The translations under genes were made by a program, and so were the position numbers. Shown here in pieces: positions 53,540 to 63,312 of a stretch of DNA of 64,000 bases. The stretch is from Klebsiella phage NU-KP11: the sequence record OR644643.1; one strand, written 5' to 3'. The notes beneath the pieces are model-generated. The model was not told the origin of the DNA and ran no database searches. It saw only the letters and a program-made list of their open reading frames with translations. The first letter of the stretch is position 1. Each line of letters begins with the position of its first letter.

Positions 53540-53869
53540 ATGAACACTTTCGAAATCCTCGCAGAAAAAGCAGCCCCTTTCATGGAAGCAATGTACAAAG
53601 CGCGTAACGCTCGTTTCCAAGATTCTCCTTTCGAAACTGTTTTCGTTCTGGAGAAAGGCCGCAAATATCATCGTGTTGTTCAGGATACTCGCAACAAAGA
53701 AACAGGCGAAATGTTCAATCAGCGTTCTGTTGCCGCCTTCATCGATAATGATGGTAATATCCTGAAACCTGCAAGCTGGAAAGCACCAGCAAAAGGAATT
53801 CGTGGCAATATCTTCAATGACGCAGACCGTGCGATTGACCAAAGCGGTTATGTGGTTTATCTTCGTTAA
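53540..53869 (+). CDS. Hypothetical protein
   Basis: 109-aa ORF with an AGGAG SD. Confidence 0.45.
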   Translation: MNTFEILAEKAAPFMEAMYKARNARFQDSPFETVFVLEKGRKYHRVVQDTRNKETGEMFNQRSVAAFIDNDGNILKPASWKAPAKGIRGNIFNDADRAIDQSGYVVYLR

Positions 53870-53874
53870 CAAAA

Positions 53875-53891
53875 GGGCTTCGGCCCTTTTT
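53875..53891 (+). terminator. Intrinsic terminator
   Basis: AAAAGGGC-TTCG-GCCCTTTTT. Confidence 0.6.
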
Positions 53892-53908
53892 CTTAAAAGG
53901 AATATAGC

Positions 53909-54505
53909 ATGAGTAACAAAAACGAAGACGCTAAAATCTGGAAAGCTGTAGGGGTTATGGCTGTAATCGCTGTTGTGGGTTACTATGCGTATAATTCCTG
54001 GCAAGAAACGATTGATGCGCAAGTACAGGAACAACAAAAAGCCGACGCAATCGAACAGCATAACCAGCTTATGCAATTGCGCTCGCTGGGATATACCACA
54101 AAGGAAGATTTTAAAAATTCCTTTGGTGACTATACCGGATCCCTTTATACCGCGTGGGGAATGGCTGACGGCGATTACATGTACATCGAAACAGACCGTT
54201 ATAATGTCCCACAAAGTGTATGTTTCTATAGTACGCCGAGAGACAACGGCAAAATCACGTCATATGCACCAGAATTCAAAACGATTTCTGTTGATATGAA
54301 GATTGACGGGGGAGAAACCCTATCATTTGCCGCTAAAGGAAACAACGGATCCGAGCGGTTGTGTCTTCTTTCTCCTACTCGTTTCTTACGCAACATTCAA
54401 GATGCGAGTAATTTAAAAATTGCTTTACCATACATCAACCATTATGATATTGTTGATGAAGTAAAAGAATGGAACGTATCGCAAATAGGGGTGAAATTCA
54501 AATGA
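53909..54505 (+). CDS. Hypothetical membrane-anchored protein
   Basis: 198 aa. An N-terminal TM anchor (AVGVMAVIAVVGYYAY) precedes a soluble domain. AAAGGAA SD. Confidence 0.45.
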   Translation: MSNKNEDAKIWKAVGVMAVIAVVGYYAYNSWQETIDAQVQEQQKADAIEQHNQLMQLRSLGYTTKEDFKNSFGDYTGSLYTAWGMADGDYMYIETDRYNVPQSVCFYSTPRDNGKITSYAPEFKTISVDMKIDGGETLSFAAKGNNGSERLCLLSPTRFLRNIQDASNLKIALPYINHYDIVDEVKEWNVSQIGVKFK

Positions 54506-54780
54506 GAAAAGCACGTAAAACTAATGCAGTGTTGATGATCAACGGTGAAGTAGGAAAACCTTGCACCAATTCTAAATTCATGCACATTGCAGGGCTTCCT
54601 GGCATGACGCTTAAAACGTCGTATGATACCCATTACAACGAAGAAACTACTTCGGTATACATGGGAGAAGATCTAATGGCCGAACGCATCATGCAATGCA
54701 TTCACTTCCCTGGTGAACGTCCTTCAATTGATTGTTATATTTTTGGCTACCATAAAGGTATTGTAAATGAATCTGTATAA
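54502..54780 (+). CDS. Hypothetical protein
   Basis: The start is moved to MRKARKT. It makes an ATGA overlap with the previous stop. Confidence 0.4.
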   Translation: MRKARKTNAVLMINGEVGKPCTNSKFMHIAGLPGMTLKTSYDTHYNEETTSVYMGEDLMAERIMQCIHFPGERPSIDCYIFGYHKGIVNESV

Positions 54781-55351
54781 AGAAAATGATCTCTATGTTC
54801 CTGCATTTGGCCTACTCACGTATCACAGTATGTTGGCTGGATACGGGAAAGAGTTCGATTTTGTAGCAAGCGTTAAACGACATTTGGAACGCAGCGGCGG
54901 GTTGTCTATTCCGCGCCAAATCCATTATGTTTGTAAAGAAGGGGTGTTTTTGAATGGTGTTCCTCATGTGATCCCTTTCAACGTGTTTGAAAACTATTTT
55001 ACAAAATACGTTGTTCGCCAAACGGAGACGACATCCGAGAATACTGCAACGCGAGAAGAAACGGCGATCGTACTTGATAAGTTTTTCGAAATCGCTCATA
55101 AAGTGAAGAAACGCACGAAGAGTGATGTGGTTCATCACCTATCAGCGGAAGTTGGCGAGATCAGCGAATGCCTCATTCAGCCTCAACGCGGCGGTAATAT
55201 CGTTGAAGAAAGTGTTGATGCGATTGTGTGCGCACTTGATGTGATTTACCTGGAACTGGGTACTACTCACGGACGGTACGAAATTGCAAAAATTATCAAC
55301 GAAATGCTTGCAGAAAAATTAGATAAGTGGTATCGTACTTGTAAACCTTGA
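54767..55351 (+). CDS. Hypothetical protein with a MazG-like C-terminal helical motif
   Basis: C-terminal LSAEVGEISECL...EESVDAIVCALDVIYLELG resembles the EExxE...ExxD signature of all-alpha NTP pyrophosphohydrolases. Confidence 0.4.
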   Translation: MNLYKENDLYVPAFGLLTYHSMLAGYGKEFDFVASVKRHLERSGGLSIPRQIHYVCKEGVFLNGVPHVIPFNVFENYFTKYVVRQTETTSENTATREETAIVLDKFFEIAHKVKKRTKSDVVHHLSAEVGEISECLIQPQRGGNIVEESVDAIVCALDVIYLELGTTHGRYEIAKIINEMLAEKLDKWYRTCKP

Positions 55352-55373
55352 GTTTACTTGTGAGGATTATATC

Positions 55374-55814
55374 ATGTTCGTATATCGTGTGGAATTTTCT
55401 TGTTCTTTCTGGAATGATTGTACAGAAAAATGGCAAACAAAAAGCGGCCCATATGTCAATCGTTATTTGTCAATGGATACTGCTGAATGGTTGGATCAAT
55501 TCTGTATGAATCCTGATATCTATATTGATATGGATGATAACCGACATCCAGCGCCGGATGACGATAATCGATTGATGCGCAACCTTGAAAAAGATAACAT
55601 AGACTTTCAAGCGGCTGGGTTATACTTTGGTTTTCAGTCAATACAGCGCCTTTCTCGTTGGTTCAATGCATATGAACGCGAGTACATGCACAATGTTGGT
55701 TTCGTCTGCATGGTATACGAAGTTGAAAAGTTGTATCCGGGCGCACGTCAATGTGTTTTTGACATAGACAAAGCCCGTTTAGTTAAGATGTTAAGTTTAA
55801 AAGAGATTTATTAA
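55374..55814 (+). CDS. Hypothetical protein
   Basis: 146-aa ORF. Confidence 0.4.
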   Translation: MFVYRVEFSCSFWNDCTEKWQTKSGPYVNRYLSMDTAEWLDQFCMNPDIYIDMDDNRHPAPDDDNRLMRNLEKDNIDFQAAGLYFGFQSIQRLSRWFNAYEREYMHNVGFVCMVYEVEKLYPGARQCVFDIDKARLVKMLSLKEIY

Positions 55815-55978
55815 TGCCTACCTATACCTATAAATGCACCAAGTGTAATAAAGAATTTCCAAAAATGGCAAGCATTGCTACCCGTGATGCACCGAAAGAT
55901 TGTGATTGCGGAGGCGAAGCAAAACGAACGGTTGATAAACCTCAAATGGTTCGTGATGGTTTCCCTTATAACAAGTAA
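55814..55978 (+). CDS. Small zinc-ribbon protein (FmdB-like CxxC...CxCG), 54 aa
   Basis: A TAATG overlap with the upstream stop gives MPTYTYKCTKCNKEFPKMASIATRDAPKDCDCGGEAKRTVDKPQMVRDGFPYNK. A strong terminator follows. Below the ORF-track cutoff. Confidence 0.45.
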   Translation: MPTYTYKCTKCNKEFPKMASIATRDAPKDCDCGGEAKRTVDKPQMVRDGFPYNK

Positions 55979-56002
55979 ACCCCGAAAGGGGTTTTCTTTT
56001 TC
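55979..56002 (+). terminator. Intrinsic terminator before gene 39
   Basis: ACCCC-GAAA-GGGGT followed by TTTCTTTTT. Confidence 0.6.
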
Positions 56003-56045
56003 ATAGAACCCTATATAATGTCAGTGATTAAACAAAGAGGTGAAT

Positions 56046-57944
56046 ATGAGTTTAGATTTTCTTCTGGCAGATGATGAACCAGAACAGAAACCACAACCAG
56101 CCAAAAAAGGCGCAAAGGTTGACGAATCATTTTGTATGAGCGATCGCGATCATATTCGGTTGCGTCCAAATATGTACGTCGGATCGGTTAACAAAGAAGC
56201 GCATGAACGTTTCATAATGGGCCAATATCGCAAGGTTGAGTACGTGGAAGGGTTGGTTAAAATCATCAACGAAATCCTTGATAACTCGATTGATGAAGCG
56301 ATCCGAACTGAATTCAAACATGCTAATAAGATTGATGTAACCATTGATCATAATCTGGTTAAAATCTCTGATAACGGGCGCGGTATTCCCCAGGATGATG
56401 TAAAAACCCCAGATGGGAAAATAGTTCCTAAACCAGTTGCGGCATGGACTATGGCAAAATCGGGTTCTAACTTCGATGATAAAAACCGCGTAACGATGGG
56501 TATGAATGGTGTTGGTTCTTTCCTGACAAACTGTTATAGCTCGATTTTTATTGGCGAGACTGCAAACGGGAAACGCAAAGTAACCATTAACTGTACGGAC
56601 GGCGCACAGAACATCGATTACCGAACCAGCCCCAGTAAAGAACAAGGTACTACTGTTAAGTTTACTCCAGACTTCTCTATGTTTGGTGTAACTGGTATCG
56701 ATGAAGAAACCAAAGAAGTGATTAAGGATCGCTTAATGGCCCTTGCCGTTGCTTTCCCGTCTGTGAAATTCACATATAACGGCGAAACGCTCTCTAATCG
56801 CTTCCCGCTGTACGCTTCCATGTATGGGGATAAAACCATTGTCCAGACAAATAATCGCCTCAGCTTCATTCTGGCGAGCACTGAGGACGGGTTTAAACAG
56901 AAATCCTTTGTTAACGGTCTGGATACGAAAAACGGCGGTGTTCATGTTGAGTGTATGATTGATGGTATCTATTCTGAACTTGAACCGATGATCAAGAAAA
57001 AGCATAGTATCGAGATCCCGAAAGCACGTGTAAAAGAATGCTTAACTCTTGTGGTATTCCTGCATAACTTTAATGCACCTGCATTCGATAGCCAAACAAA
57101 AGAGCGATTAGCAAATACAGCAGGTGAGTTTAACAATCATGCGAATTTGAACTACAAAAAGATCGCAAAAATGATTATGGATACCCCAGAAATCATTACT
57201 CCGATCATTGAATCCGCATTGATTCGTAAACAAGCAGCAGAAGCCGCCGCGATCACCAAAGCGAAAAAGAAAGCAAAAAAGGCAAAAATTGCTAAACACG
57301 TTCCGGCTTCCGGTATTGATACCCCTGGGGTAGAAACAACATTGTTTCTGACAGAAGGCGATTCCGCTGTTGGTCAGTTCATCGAATGCCGTAATGAAGA
57401 AACACAAGGCGCTTTCCCGCTACGTGGTAAGCCTCTGAATACATGGGGTATGAGTTTTACAGACATTATCAAAAACAAAGAACTGTTTGAGCTAATGGCT
57501 ATCCTCAATATTCATCCTGGTGATACTTCCGGAATGACTTATGATAATATCGGCATCATGGTCGATGCTGACGTTGACGGCGGCGACATTTTAACTCTGT
57601 TGCTTGCATTCTTTAGCCGTTGGCCTTCTTTGTTCACTGAGAAACGGATCCGATATATTCGAACCCCGATCGTTATCGCTAAAGTTGGGCGCGAGGAAAA
57701 ATGGTTCTATTCTCTTGATGAGTTTGCGCCGTTCCGCGATAAAGCAAAAGATGTACGATATATCAAGGGGCTGGGTTCTTTACGCAAAGAAGATTACGAC
57801 CGTGTTCTGGGTGATCAGTTGAAGTATGATGTCATTGTACTTGACGACGAATACAAAGAAGTGTTAGAACTATGCTTCGGCGACGAATCTGATCCGCGTA
57901 AAGATTGGGTTAATGGAAAACACAAATTTTCTAAGGTTGACTAA
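56046..57944 (+). CDS. 39: DNA topoisomerase II large subunit, fused 39+60 type (GyrB-like)
   Basis: GHKL ATPase motifs (EILDNSIDEA, DNGRGIP) and a TOPRIM region (LFLTEGDSA). 632 aa from the first ATG (the ORF-track start is a GTG). It is continuous through the region that T4 splits into 39 and 60. AGAGGTGA SD. Confidence 0.88.
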   Translation: MSLDFLLADDEPEQKPQPAKKGAKVDESFCMSDRDHIRLRPNMYVGSVNKEAHERFIMGQYRKVEYVEGLVKIINEILDNSIDEAIRTEFKHANKIDVTIDHNLVKISDNGRGIPQDDVKTPDGKIVPKPVAAWTMAKSGSNFDDKNRVTMGMNGVGSFLTNCYSSIFIGETANGKRKVTINCTDGAQNIDYRTSPSKEQGTTVKFTPDFSMFGVTGIDEETKEVIKDRLMALAVAFPSVKFTYNGETLSNRFPLYASMYGDKTIVQTNNRLSFILASTEDGFKQKSFVNGLDTKNGGVHVECMIDGIYSELEPMIKKKHSIEIPKARVKECLTLVVFLHNFNAPAFDSQTKERLANTAGEFNNHANLNYKKIAKMIMDTPEIITPIIESALIRKQAAEAAAITKAKKKAKKAKIAKHVPASGIDTPGVETTLFLTEGDSAVGQFIECRNEETQGAFPLRGKPLNTWGMSFTDIIKNKELFELMAILNIHPGDTSGMTYDNIGIMVDADVDGGDILTLLLAFFSRWPSLFTEKRIRYIRTPIVIAKVGREEKWFYSLDEFAPFRDKAKDVRYIKGLGSLRKEDYDRVLGDQLKYDVIVLDDEYKEVLELCFGDESDPRKDWVNGKHKFSKVD

Positions 57945-59230
57945 TGGAAAGAAGTATTAAAGATGTTGTACAGGTGGAAGGGCTAACGTTTGCCCTTTAC
58001 ACGATTTATTCACGTGCGATCCCGCACCTGGTAGACGGGTTTAAACCCGTTCACCGTTTCTTTATTCACTCTGCTATGCAGGGCGGAACGGGATTTCAGA
58101 AAGTAGCTTCTATCGCTGGCGGTGTTGCTATGTATGGGTATCACCACGGGGAAACCTCTGTAGAAGAAGCGTTATCCCTTATGGCGGCGCACTGGTGCAA
58201 TAACATTCCGTTATTCGACCGTGATGGGTTCTTTGGTTCCCGTTTGGTTAAGAAACCTGGCGCACCTCGTTACATCAAGTGTAAACTATCGCCAATATTC
58301 AAAGCAATTTATATGGATGGTGATTTAACGCCAGTTCATGAAGATCCGGAACATGTACCGCCAGCTTACTATCTCCCGATCATCCCGATGGTACTGGTTA
58401 ACGGGTTTAGCGGGATTGCAAAAGCATATGCAACAAACATTCCGCCTCATGATCCTAAATCGGTTGTTAACGGGTGCATTGCATATCTGAATGATAAAGA
58501 TTTCACACTGGATCTGAAATACCCTTACTTTAAAGGTGAAATCACAGACGGGACAATTTACGGCACGTATGAATTGCAAGGTAAAACCAAATTGGTGATC
58601 ACCGAGATCCCAGTGAAGTATGACCGTGTGAAATACATTGCAATCCTTGACAAGCTGGAAGAAAAAGGCGTTATCGTTAGCTACAAGGATCTATCGAAAG
58701 AAGATTTTCGTTATGAAGTAACGCTCAAGCGAGAGTATGCCAACGGGTTAACCCGCGAAAAGATCCTGAAAGATTTCGGGTTGATTGAAAATTCAAACCC
58801 AAACATTAACGTTATCTTTGAGGGTAAATTATACTCATATGAACGCCCCGAAACGCTTCTAAAGGATTTCGTTGATATTCGTATGAATGTATATCAACAG
58901 CGTATCAATAAGCGTATCCAGGAAACTAAGGAAGCGTTAGATAAAGCACTGGCAAAGGTTGCGTTTATTGCTCAAATGGTAGAATCTCCTGATTCTCTGC
59001 GTGGCCTTAGTCGCAGCGAAGCGGTTAAATTCGTGTCTACGTGGATAGGTTGCGAGAATCATGCCGAAATGTTAGTGGCTATGAACATCTACCATCTAAC
59101 CACGGACGAAAGCAAAAAGCTGGAAGACGAAGCCGAAGAATTGCGTAAACAGTTGAAATACTGGGAAGAAACAACCCCTAAAATTGAGTATCTCAATGAT
59201 TTAAAAGAACTTTCTAAGAAGTTGAAATAA
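57944..59230 (+). CDS. 52: DNA topoisomerase II medium subunit gp52 (GyrA-like)
   Basis: N-terminal AIPHLVDGFKPVHRFFIHSA is the GyrA/ParC-type region upstream of the active-site Tyr. 428 aa. Makes an ATGA overlap with 39. Confidence 0.85.
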   Translation: MERSIKDVVQVEGLTFALYTIYSRAIPHLVDGFKPVHRFFIHSAMQGGTGFQKVASIAGGVAMYGYHHGETSVEEALSLMAAHWCNNIPLFDRDGFFGSRLVKKPGAPRYIKCKLSPIFKAIYMDGDLTPVHEDPEHVPPAYYLPIIPMVLVNGFSGIAKAYATNIPPHDPKSVVNGCIAYLNDKDFTLDLKYPYFKGEITDGTIYGTYELQGKTKLVITEIPVKYDRVKYIAILDKLEEKGVIVSYKDLSKEDFRYEVTLKREYANGLTREKILKDFGLIENSNPNINVIFEGKLYSYERPETLLKDFVDIRMNVYQQRINKRIQETKEALDKALAKVAFIAQMVESPDSLRGLSRSEAVKFVSTWIGCENHAEMLVAMNIYHLTTDESKKLEDEAEELRKQLKYWEETTPKIEYLNDLKELSKKLK

Positions 59231-59242
59231 TAACAAAGCCTC

Positions 59243-59271
59243 TTGCAATGCAAGAGGCTTTTTGCTATATT
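59243..59271 (+). promoter_or_regulatory. Terminator-promoter module (12-bp hairpin containing TTGCAA, 17 bp, TGCTATATT)
   Basis: AAAGCCTCTTGCaatGCAAGAGGCTTTTTgcTATATT, directly after the gene 52 stop. Confidence 0.55.
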
Positions 59272-59301
59272 GGTTTTGTACCAAGCAAAGGAGATTCTAA
59301 A

Positions 59302-59856
59302 ATGTTGAAAACTCGTAGTGCAATGGAAGTAACCCACTGGGCGCGTACCATGATGGAAAAACACGGTTTGATCAGTAATGGTTGGACATTCCGGATCAAT
59401 GGACGCATTACAAAAACTCTGGGCCGTTGCAGTTATACCAAAAAACTGATCGAACTATCTGGTCGTCATGTTGCGGAAGATATCTACGAGGATATTTTAG
59501 ACACTCTTTTACACGAAATCGCTCATGCTCTTGTCGGGCGCGGTTATGAACATGGTAAAGTGTGGCAAGCTATGGCCTTGCGCCTGGGTGCTAAACCTTC
59601 ACCGAGTAAAACAACTACAAAGGATGCTAATCTGGTTGATAAGAATGAGATCCTTTACTGTTTGTTCATGAAAGATTATCAAGGCCGTGAAGTCTATCAG
59701 GCTAAAGCTGATAAGAAGTTTTACAACGATGTGATGAACGGTGTTAAGGATATGAAAAACATTTGGATCAGTGGGCGCAAGGCATATACAAAAGGCCGTC
59801 TGTATATCCGTCCAGTAACCCATGAAGAACTTGCATACATTCGCAAAGAGGGGTAA
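59302..59856 (+). CDS. SprT-like zinc metalloprotease domain protein
   Basis: HEIAHAL (HExxH) lies in a SprT-like context (WTFRINGRITKTLGRCSY...LLHEIAHALVG). The start at MLKTRS has an AAGGAG SD. Confidence 0.6.
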   Translation: MLKTRSAMEVTHWARTMMEKHGLISNGWTFRINGRITKTLGRCSYTKKLIELSGRHVAEDIYEDILDTLLHEIAHALVGRGYEHGKVWQAMALRLGAKPSPSKTTTKDANLVDKNEILYCLFMKDYQGREVYQAKADKKFYNDVMNGVKDMKNIWISGRKAYTKGRLYIRPVTHEELAYIRKEG

Positions 59857-59859
59857 GGT

Positions 59860-60096
59860 ATGACACGTTATAATGCGCCTAAGTTGGGAAAATATCTGAC
59901 CATATTCGGATTTTGTGCGTTCTTTTCTATCATTATCGGGGCTATCGTGTGGGGTATACTTGATATGAAGAAACAGCAGGTCGAGGAAGAAAAATTGGTA
60001 AAATTCCTTGACACTTATTGCGAAGTAGTAGAATATGGCCTGAACAAAAAGCCAACGAAGTACTCTTGTGACCAAGTTATTTTTAATGTTAAGTGA
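59860..60096 (+). CDS. Hypothetical small membrane protein
   Basis: 78 aa with one TM segment. Confidence 0.4.
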   Translation: MTRYNAPKLGKYLTIFGFCAFFSIIIGAIVWGILDMKKQQVEEEKLVKFLDTYCEVVEYGLNKKPTKYSCDQVIFNVK

Positions 60097-60106
60097 GAAA
60101 TAAACA

Positions 60107-62368
60107 ATGAAATTACGCGAAGATACACCGCAAACAATCTACCGAGTTGGTACAGATACCAGCAAGGGACGAAACAAACTATCTCTACGCGCAAACAAGA
60201 AAGCGTATAAGATCCTTTCTTCGACAGTATACAAATACAAGATCCGCGCAATCATTCGCGAACTGTCTTGTAATGCGATCGATGGACACAAAGAAGCGGG
60301 AAATCAGAACCCGTTTGATGTCCAGTTGCCAACTGCTGTTGATCCTCGTTTTGTTATTCGTGACTACGGGATCGGTATGTCTCCTGATTTCGTTAGTGAT
60401 GCGTTTACCGTTTACTTCGAATCAACCAAAAATGATTCAAACGACCTGATCGGTTCTATGGGTCTGGGTTGCAAATCTCCGCTTTGCTATGCCGATGCGT
60501 TCACAGTTGAATCTGTAAAAGACGGTATCAAATGCGGTTACACAATCTATATGGATGATGGGGAACCGTTCTGCGATCCTCTGTATGAGATTGAAAGCGA
60601 TGAACCTAACGGGGTTACTATCACTGTTCCGGTTAAGGTTGAAGATATCAAAGAATGGGAAAACGAAGCAGCAAGGGTATACGAATCATTTACTGATATT
60701 CGTCCTAACTTTGTTGGTGCTTCTATTCTCAAAATCAACTATCAGCCGAAAGAAGCAACCAACGATAGTGGGGTGATCCGTCATAAATCAGCATACACTA
60801 GCGGTGTATATGCTCGCATGGGTAACATCATTTATCCTCTGGATAAAGATTTGTATGATACCTCGATGTTCTATTGCTATACAGAAAGCCAGTATACGTA
60901 TATTATTGACTTCCCGATCGGTGAACTTGATTTCATGCCTTCTCGCGAAGAGTTGAGTATGGATAAAATGACAGTAGGGATTATTAAAGAACGTCTGAAA
61001 CAAATCAGCCGGGTGTATTTCAATCGAGTTAAATCAGAATTCGATAAGTTACAAACCGTTCGTGATAAACTGACGTGGTTCCATTCTCTGCCTTCAATGG
61101 TACAAAACTTTGTTGGTAAAGATGCTAATTTTCGCATCAACGGTGATTCTATTGGCTGGATCCATAGCGAGCTAGTCAAACCCAACAAATATAATGATGA
61201 TTATATTGCTGGGTATTGGGCGAACGAATACGACGGTAAAGATGCATGGTATCAGGTAACGGGTAGCGGAGGCCGCTGGAGCAAGTATAAGCCAGAAACA
61301 ACCAAACGCCAGGACATCACACGCATTTATTATCCGTGGAAACAAAAGAAACTCATTCTGTTAAAAGTGGATACCAACACGGTTAAACCGTATATCGTCG
61401 GGTATGCTAAAATGCATAACCTAAGCCGTGTTAGCTTTGTTGCATATTACGATAGTGATTCAAAGCGTGAGATTGTTAATGATATCGTTCGGAAAGGTCA
61501 TTTTGATGAATCGGAAATTGTGTATCTCCGTACCAGTGAAATGACAAAAGAAAAAGAGATCTATGATGCAGATCGCGAAAAATCAAAAGCGCTATATGCA
61601 CCGAAAAATTCAGAACCGCGCCCAAAAACCCCGACCGTATATCGTTATGAGTTGGATAGTAACGGCAATCTGGCAAAAACTTCTCTGTTTATGACAAAAT
61701 CAGAGTTTTTATCACTGGATAAAGCCCCAGGTGTTCGGTTGTATGGTATTGATGAATATAGCCGCTTAGATGGTGAAAATTCCAGGTTGTCTATGGATTC
61801 AGCAATGAAAGAATCTACTTTATCGCGTATCATGCGCCATACTGGGATCCCTGTTGTGTTTGCTATCCGTAACAGCCTATGGAAGTGGATCCCTGATTCA
61901 AATCTGGTATGCTTTGATGATATGCTGTGCAAGCAGTATGTTAAATCCGAAAAGGCATTGAAAGATAATTGCTTGCCTGGATGGATTGGTAAGGAACACT
62001 CAACAGAAACAGACGCATTGCATAGCCGTTTTGGTGTATCGCTTGATCGGATTGTGAAAAACCGATATAATGAAAAACTGTATAAGATTGTTGATACCCT
62101 CGAACGTATAGTGTGTCTGGAAGGGTATGAGAAAGATGGTAAAAATCTTTCCAGGGCGCGTTGTCCGATTCTGCGTGAATCTGTAGCATCAATGCGCGTT
62201 AAACGCAGCAATATGAAAAAACGTGTTGATCAGGCATGGGAAATCTTTAAATCACTAAACCCGTTACTGGCTTCACTTGTTGAACATAGCGATTCTTATT
62301 CAATTCGTCCGATTTACAACAACGAAAAGAATCTCAGTGAGTTTAAGAAATTAATACGGTGGAAATAA
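60107..62368 (+). CDS. rIIA: rIIA protein (GHKL-ATPase-fold membrane-associated protein)
   Basis: N-terminal GHKL motifs RELSCNAIDGH, RDYGIGM and GSMGLGCKS. 753 aa. It is immediately followed by rIIB with a TAATG overlap. Confidence 0.8.
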   Translation: MKLREDTPQTIYRVGTDTSKGRNKLSLRANKKAYKILSSTVYKYKIRAIIRELSCNAIDGHKEAGNQNPFDVQLPTAVDPRFVIRDYGIGMSPDFVSDAFTVYFESTKNDSNDLIGSMGLGCKSPLCYADAFTVESVKDGIKCGYTIYMDDGEPFCDPLYEIESDEPNGVTITVPVKVEDIKEWENEAARVYESFTDIRPNFVGASILKINYQPKEATNDSGVIRHKSAYTSGVYARMGNIIYPLDKDLYDTSMFYCYTESQYTYIIDFPIGELDFMPSREELSMDKMTVGIIKERLKQISRVYFNRVKSEFDKLQTVRDKLTWFHSLPSMVQNFVGKDANFRINGDSIGWIHSELVKPNKYNDDYIAGYWANEYDGKDAWYQVTGSGGRWSKYKPETTKRQDITRIYYPWKQKKLILLKVDTNTVKPYIVGYAKMHNLSRVSFVAYYDSDSKREIVNDIVRKGHFDESEIVYLRTSEMTKEKEIYDADREKSKALYAPKNSEPRPKTPTVYRYELDSNGNLAKTSLFMTKSEFLSLDKAPGVRLYGIDEYSRLDGENSRLSMDSAMKESTLSRIMRHTGIPVVFAIRNSLWKWIPDSNLVCFDDMLCKQYVKSEKALKDNCLPGWIGKEHSTETDALHSRFGVSLDRIVKNRYNEKLYKIVDTLERIVCLEGYEKDGKNLSRARCPILRESVASMRVKRSNMKKRVDQAWEIFKSLNPLLASLVEHSDSYSIRPIYNNEKNLSEFKKLIRWK

Positions 62369-63267
62369 TGGTCAAAATTCTTGACGAAGTACAACAGAAA
62401 GCTATCTATAATGGATGGTTGACGGGGGCAAGTAAAACAGCACTGGCCCAACAGTTCAACGTAAGCGCCCGAACCATTGGGCGCGTTATCAACCGCAAGT
62501 TAGCGGAATTCCCTAAGAAAAGGGATGTAAAACAAAAGCCTAAATTATCAGACACTGTACCGCGTATGATCGGATCTGAATCGTTCATTACGGTTGTATA
62601 CGAAGGGCGCGTTTTCATGGCGGGTGAAACACATCCGAACTTTAAGAAAGCGCATGAAATGCTGAAAGCTGGTGATGTCAAAGGTGCTGTAACTTGTTTG
62701 GATACTCAAGAAGCGATCCGAACCTATAGCAAAGGCAACATTAAAATCATTGGTCATCAGCTTCTATATAAAGATGTAGTGTTTGATTCTGATATCACTC
62801 AACGAATCATTCGCGAAATGTATAACGATCGTCCGTATGAACATCTGGTGAACTTCTTTGAACGGTTGATGCGAAACCCTTCACGCGATGCTGTATACCA
62901 GCTTTACGGGTTCCTTGTACATAATGACATTGAACTGACCGATGATGGTTGTTTTCTTGCCTGGAAACGTGTACGCGATAACTATAAAGATCTCGCTACT
63001 GGCAAATTTGATAATAGTCCTGGTGTGACTGTCTCCATGCCTCGAAACATGGTAGACGAAGATAAAACGCGCACCTGTTCTACTGGCCTACACGTTGCGG
63101 CTAAATCATACCTTCCACACTACGGGGGCGGTGTTGGTAGAGTCATTCAGGTAAAGGTGGATCCTGCTGACGTGGTAGCGATCCCAGTGGATTACAATAA
63201 CGCAAAAATGCGTGTATGCCGTTATAAAGTCATGATTGATGTTACATATGGTTTTAGCCATTACTAA
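62368..63267 (+). CDS. rIIB: rIIB protein
   Basis: FLVHNDIELTDDGCFLAWKRVRDNY...FDNSPGVTVSMPRNMVDEDKTRTCSTGLHVAAKSYLPHYGG...VIQVKVDPADVVAIPVDYNNAKMRVCRYKV aligns with T4 rIIB FLVANDIEITEDGYFYAWKVVRSNY...FDNSPGKVVKMPRTRVNDDDTQTCSRGLHVCSKSYIRHFGS...VVKVKVHPRDVVSIPIDYNDAKMRTCQYEV. The ORF-track start is a GTG. ATG at 62368. Confidence 0.88.
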   Translation: MVKILDEVQQKAIYNGWLTGASKTALAQQFNVSARTIGRVINRKLAEFPKKRDVKQKPKLSDTVPRMIGSESFITVVYEGRVFMAGETHPNFKKAHEMLKAGDVKGAVTCLDTQEAIRTYSKGNIKIIGHQLLYKDVVFDSDITQRIIREMYNDRPYEHLVNFFERLMRNPSRDAVYQLYGFLVHNDIELTDDGCFLAWKRVRDNYKDLATGKFDNSPGVTVSMPRNMVDEDKTRTCSTGLHVAAKSYLPHYGGGVGRVIQVKVDPADVVAIPVDYNNAKMRVCRYKVMIDVTYGFSHY

Positions 63268-63312
63268 CTAAACAACCGCGCCCGGAGAGTTCTGGGCGCA
63301 TAGGAGACTATC

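Noticed and set aside
53504-54214. 236-aa minus-strand ORF
   Set aside because: It is antisense to two well-supported plus-strand genes (53540-53869 and 53909-54505), both of which have strong SDs and promoters. Its composition is low-complexity (poly-F/I/C). I treat it as spurious.
61645-62211. 188-aa minus-strand ORF inside rIIA. The same applies to 59599-60075 and 56127-56645.
   Set aside because: These are antisense to recognised genes. They have no RBS and a Ser/Arg/Leu-rich composition typical of antisense frames.
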